A stretch of 64,000 nucleotides of DNA, taken from Mobula birostris. Lineage: Eukaryota. The position numbers were made by a program, and so were the translations under genes. Positions 62,969 to 64,000 of this stretch are shown here, in pieces; positions within the stretch are counted from its first letter, which is position 1, and the number at the start of each line of letters is the position of its first letter. A model generated the notes under the pieces. The model was not told the DNA's origin, did not search any database, and saw only the letters and a program-made list of their open reading frames with translations. The stretch lies in the NCBI RefSeq assembly GCF_030028105.1, contig NC_092382.1:6152215-6216214 (forward strand), written 5' to 3'.

Positions 62969-64000
62969 CTATGCAGTGTGAACTGACTGGTGTCTCCGTA
63001 GGTGAGATGCCTGAGTGAATCCCTTCCCACAGTCTGAGCAGGTGAACGGCCTCTCCCCAGTGTGAACTCTCCGATGCACCTTCAATTGGGATGACTGAGT
63101 GAATCCCTTCCCACAGTCTGAGCAGGTGAACGGCCTCTCCCCAGTGTGAACTTGCTGGTGTCTCTGTAGATCAGATGATCGAGTGAATCCCTTCCCACAG
63201 ACTGAGCAGGTGAACGGCCTCTCCCCAGTGTGAAATCGCTGGTGTTTCAGTAGGTCAGATGACTGAGTGAATCCCTTCCCACAGACTGAGCAGGTGAATG
63301 GCCTCTCCCCAGTGTGAACTCGCTGATGTACCTTCAGTTTAGATGAGGAAGTGAATCCCTTCCCACAGACTGAGCAGGTGAATGGCCACTCCCCAGTGTG
63401 AACTGACTGGTGTTCTTGTAGGTGAGCTGACTGTGTGAATCCCTTCCCACAGTCTGAGCAGGTGAACGGCCTCTGCCCTGTGTGAACTTGCTGATGTATC
63501 TGCAGATGAGATGACTGAGTAAATCCCTTCCTACAGACTGAGCAGGTGAATGGCCTCTCCCCAGTGTGAACTCGCTGATGTATCTGCAGATCAGGTGATC
63601 GAGTGAATCCCTTCCCACAGTCTGAGCAGGTGAACGGTCTCTCCCCCGTGTGAAGTCTCTGATGCACTGTCAGTTGAGATGACGAAGTGAATCCGTTCCC
63701 ACAGTCTGAGCAGGTGAACGGCCTCTCCCCAGTGTGAACTCTCTGATGTTCCTTCAGTTGAGATGACGAAGTGAATCCCTTCCCACAGTCTGAGCAGGTG
63801 AACGGCCTCTCCCCAGTGTGAACTCGCTGATGTATCTGTAGATCAGATGATCGAGCAAATCCCTTCCCACAGTCTGAGCAGGTGAACGGCTTCTCCCCAG
63901 TGTGAACTCGCTGATGTGCTTGTAGGTTAGCTAACTGTGTGAATCCCTTCCCACAGTCTGAGCAGGTGAATGGCCTCTCCCCAGTGTGAATTCGCTGATG
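62969..64000 (-). CDS. C2H2 zinc-finger protein (gene 4), 5'-partial, at least 12 fingers
   Basis: Frame is open from the window edge (344 codons) to TAG; same [15 protein letters not shown] backbone. Confidence 0.9.
   Translation of the reverse strand, partial: HQRIHTGERPFTCSDCGKGFTQLANLQAHQRVHTGEKPFTCSDCGKGFARSSDLQIHQRVHTGERPFTCSDCGKGFTSSSQLKEHQRVHTGERPFTCSDCGNGFTSSSQLTVHQRLHTGERPFTCSDCGKGFTRSPDLQIHQRVHTGERPFTCSVCRKGFTQSSHLQIHQQVHTGQRPFTCSDCGKGFTQSAHLQEHQSVHTGEWPFTCSVCGKGFTSSSKLKVHQRVHTGERPFTCSVCGKGFTQSSDLLKHQRFHTGERPFTCSVCGKGFTRSSDLQRHQQVHTGERPFTCSDCGKGFTQSSQLKVHRRVHTGERPFTCSDCGKGFTQASHLRRHQSVHTA

Overview
Eukaryotic (vertebrate) genomic DNA, most likely from a cartilaginous fish; the taxon is inferred only from the repeat families (CR1, L1, Rex-Babar, RTE, R4, Hero, Penelope-like, Gypsy) and the zinc-finger style. 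The window is part of a tandem cluster of C2H2 zinc-finger genes in a retroelement-dense region. Three + strand genes have single-exon finger arrays: 5032-6087 (12 fingers), 27238-28695 (17) and 46935-48476 (18). A fourth, convergent gene runs in from the right edge on the - strand (62969-64000, at least 12 fingers). No KRAB, SCAN, BTB or SET domain is visible. The three + strand ORFs start at an ATG inside a finger helix and have decayed fingers on both sides. The genes are segmental duplicates that share intron, 3' UTR and flanking sequence, including an antisense solo LTR. Between genes 1 and 2 lies a decayed class III (ERV-L/ERV-S-like) endogenous retrovirus with 5' LTR, PBS and gag-pro-pol but no env or 3' LTR; its gag is split by a Hero non-LTR element. 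Other notable structure: a CpG promoter module reused in opposite orientation, a Harbinger-type element truncating gene 1, Penelope-type minimal hammerhead ribozyme relics, a 5'-inverted RTE insertion, an L1 nested in an L1, and an orphan ZNF 3' end. All boundaries were read by eye and TE limits are approximate.
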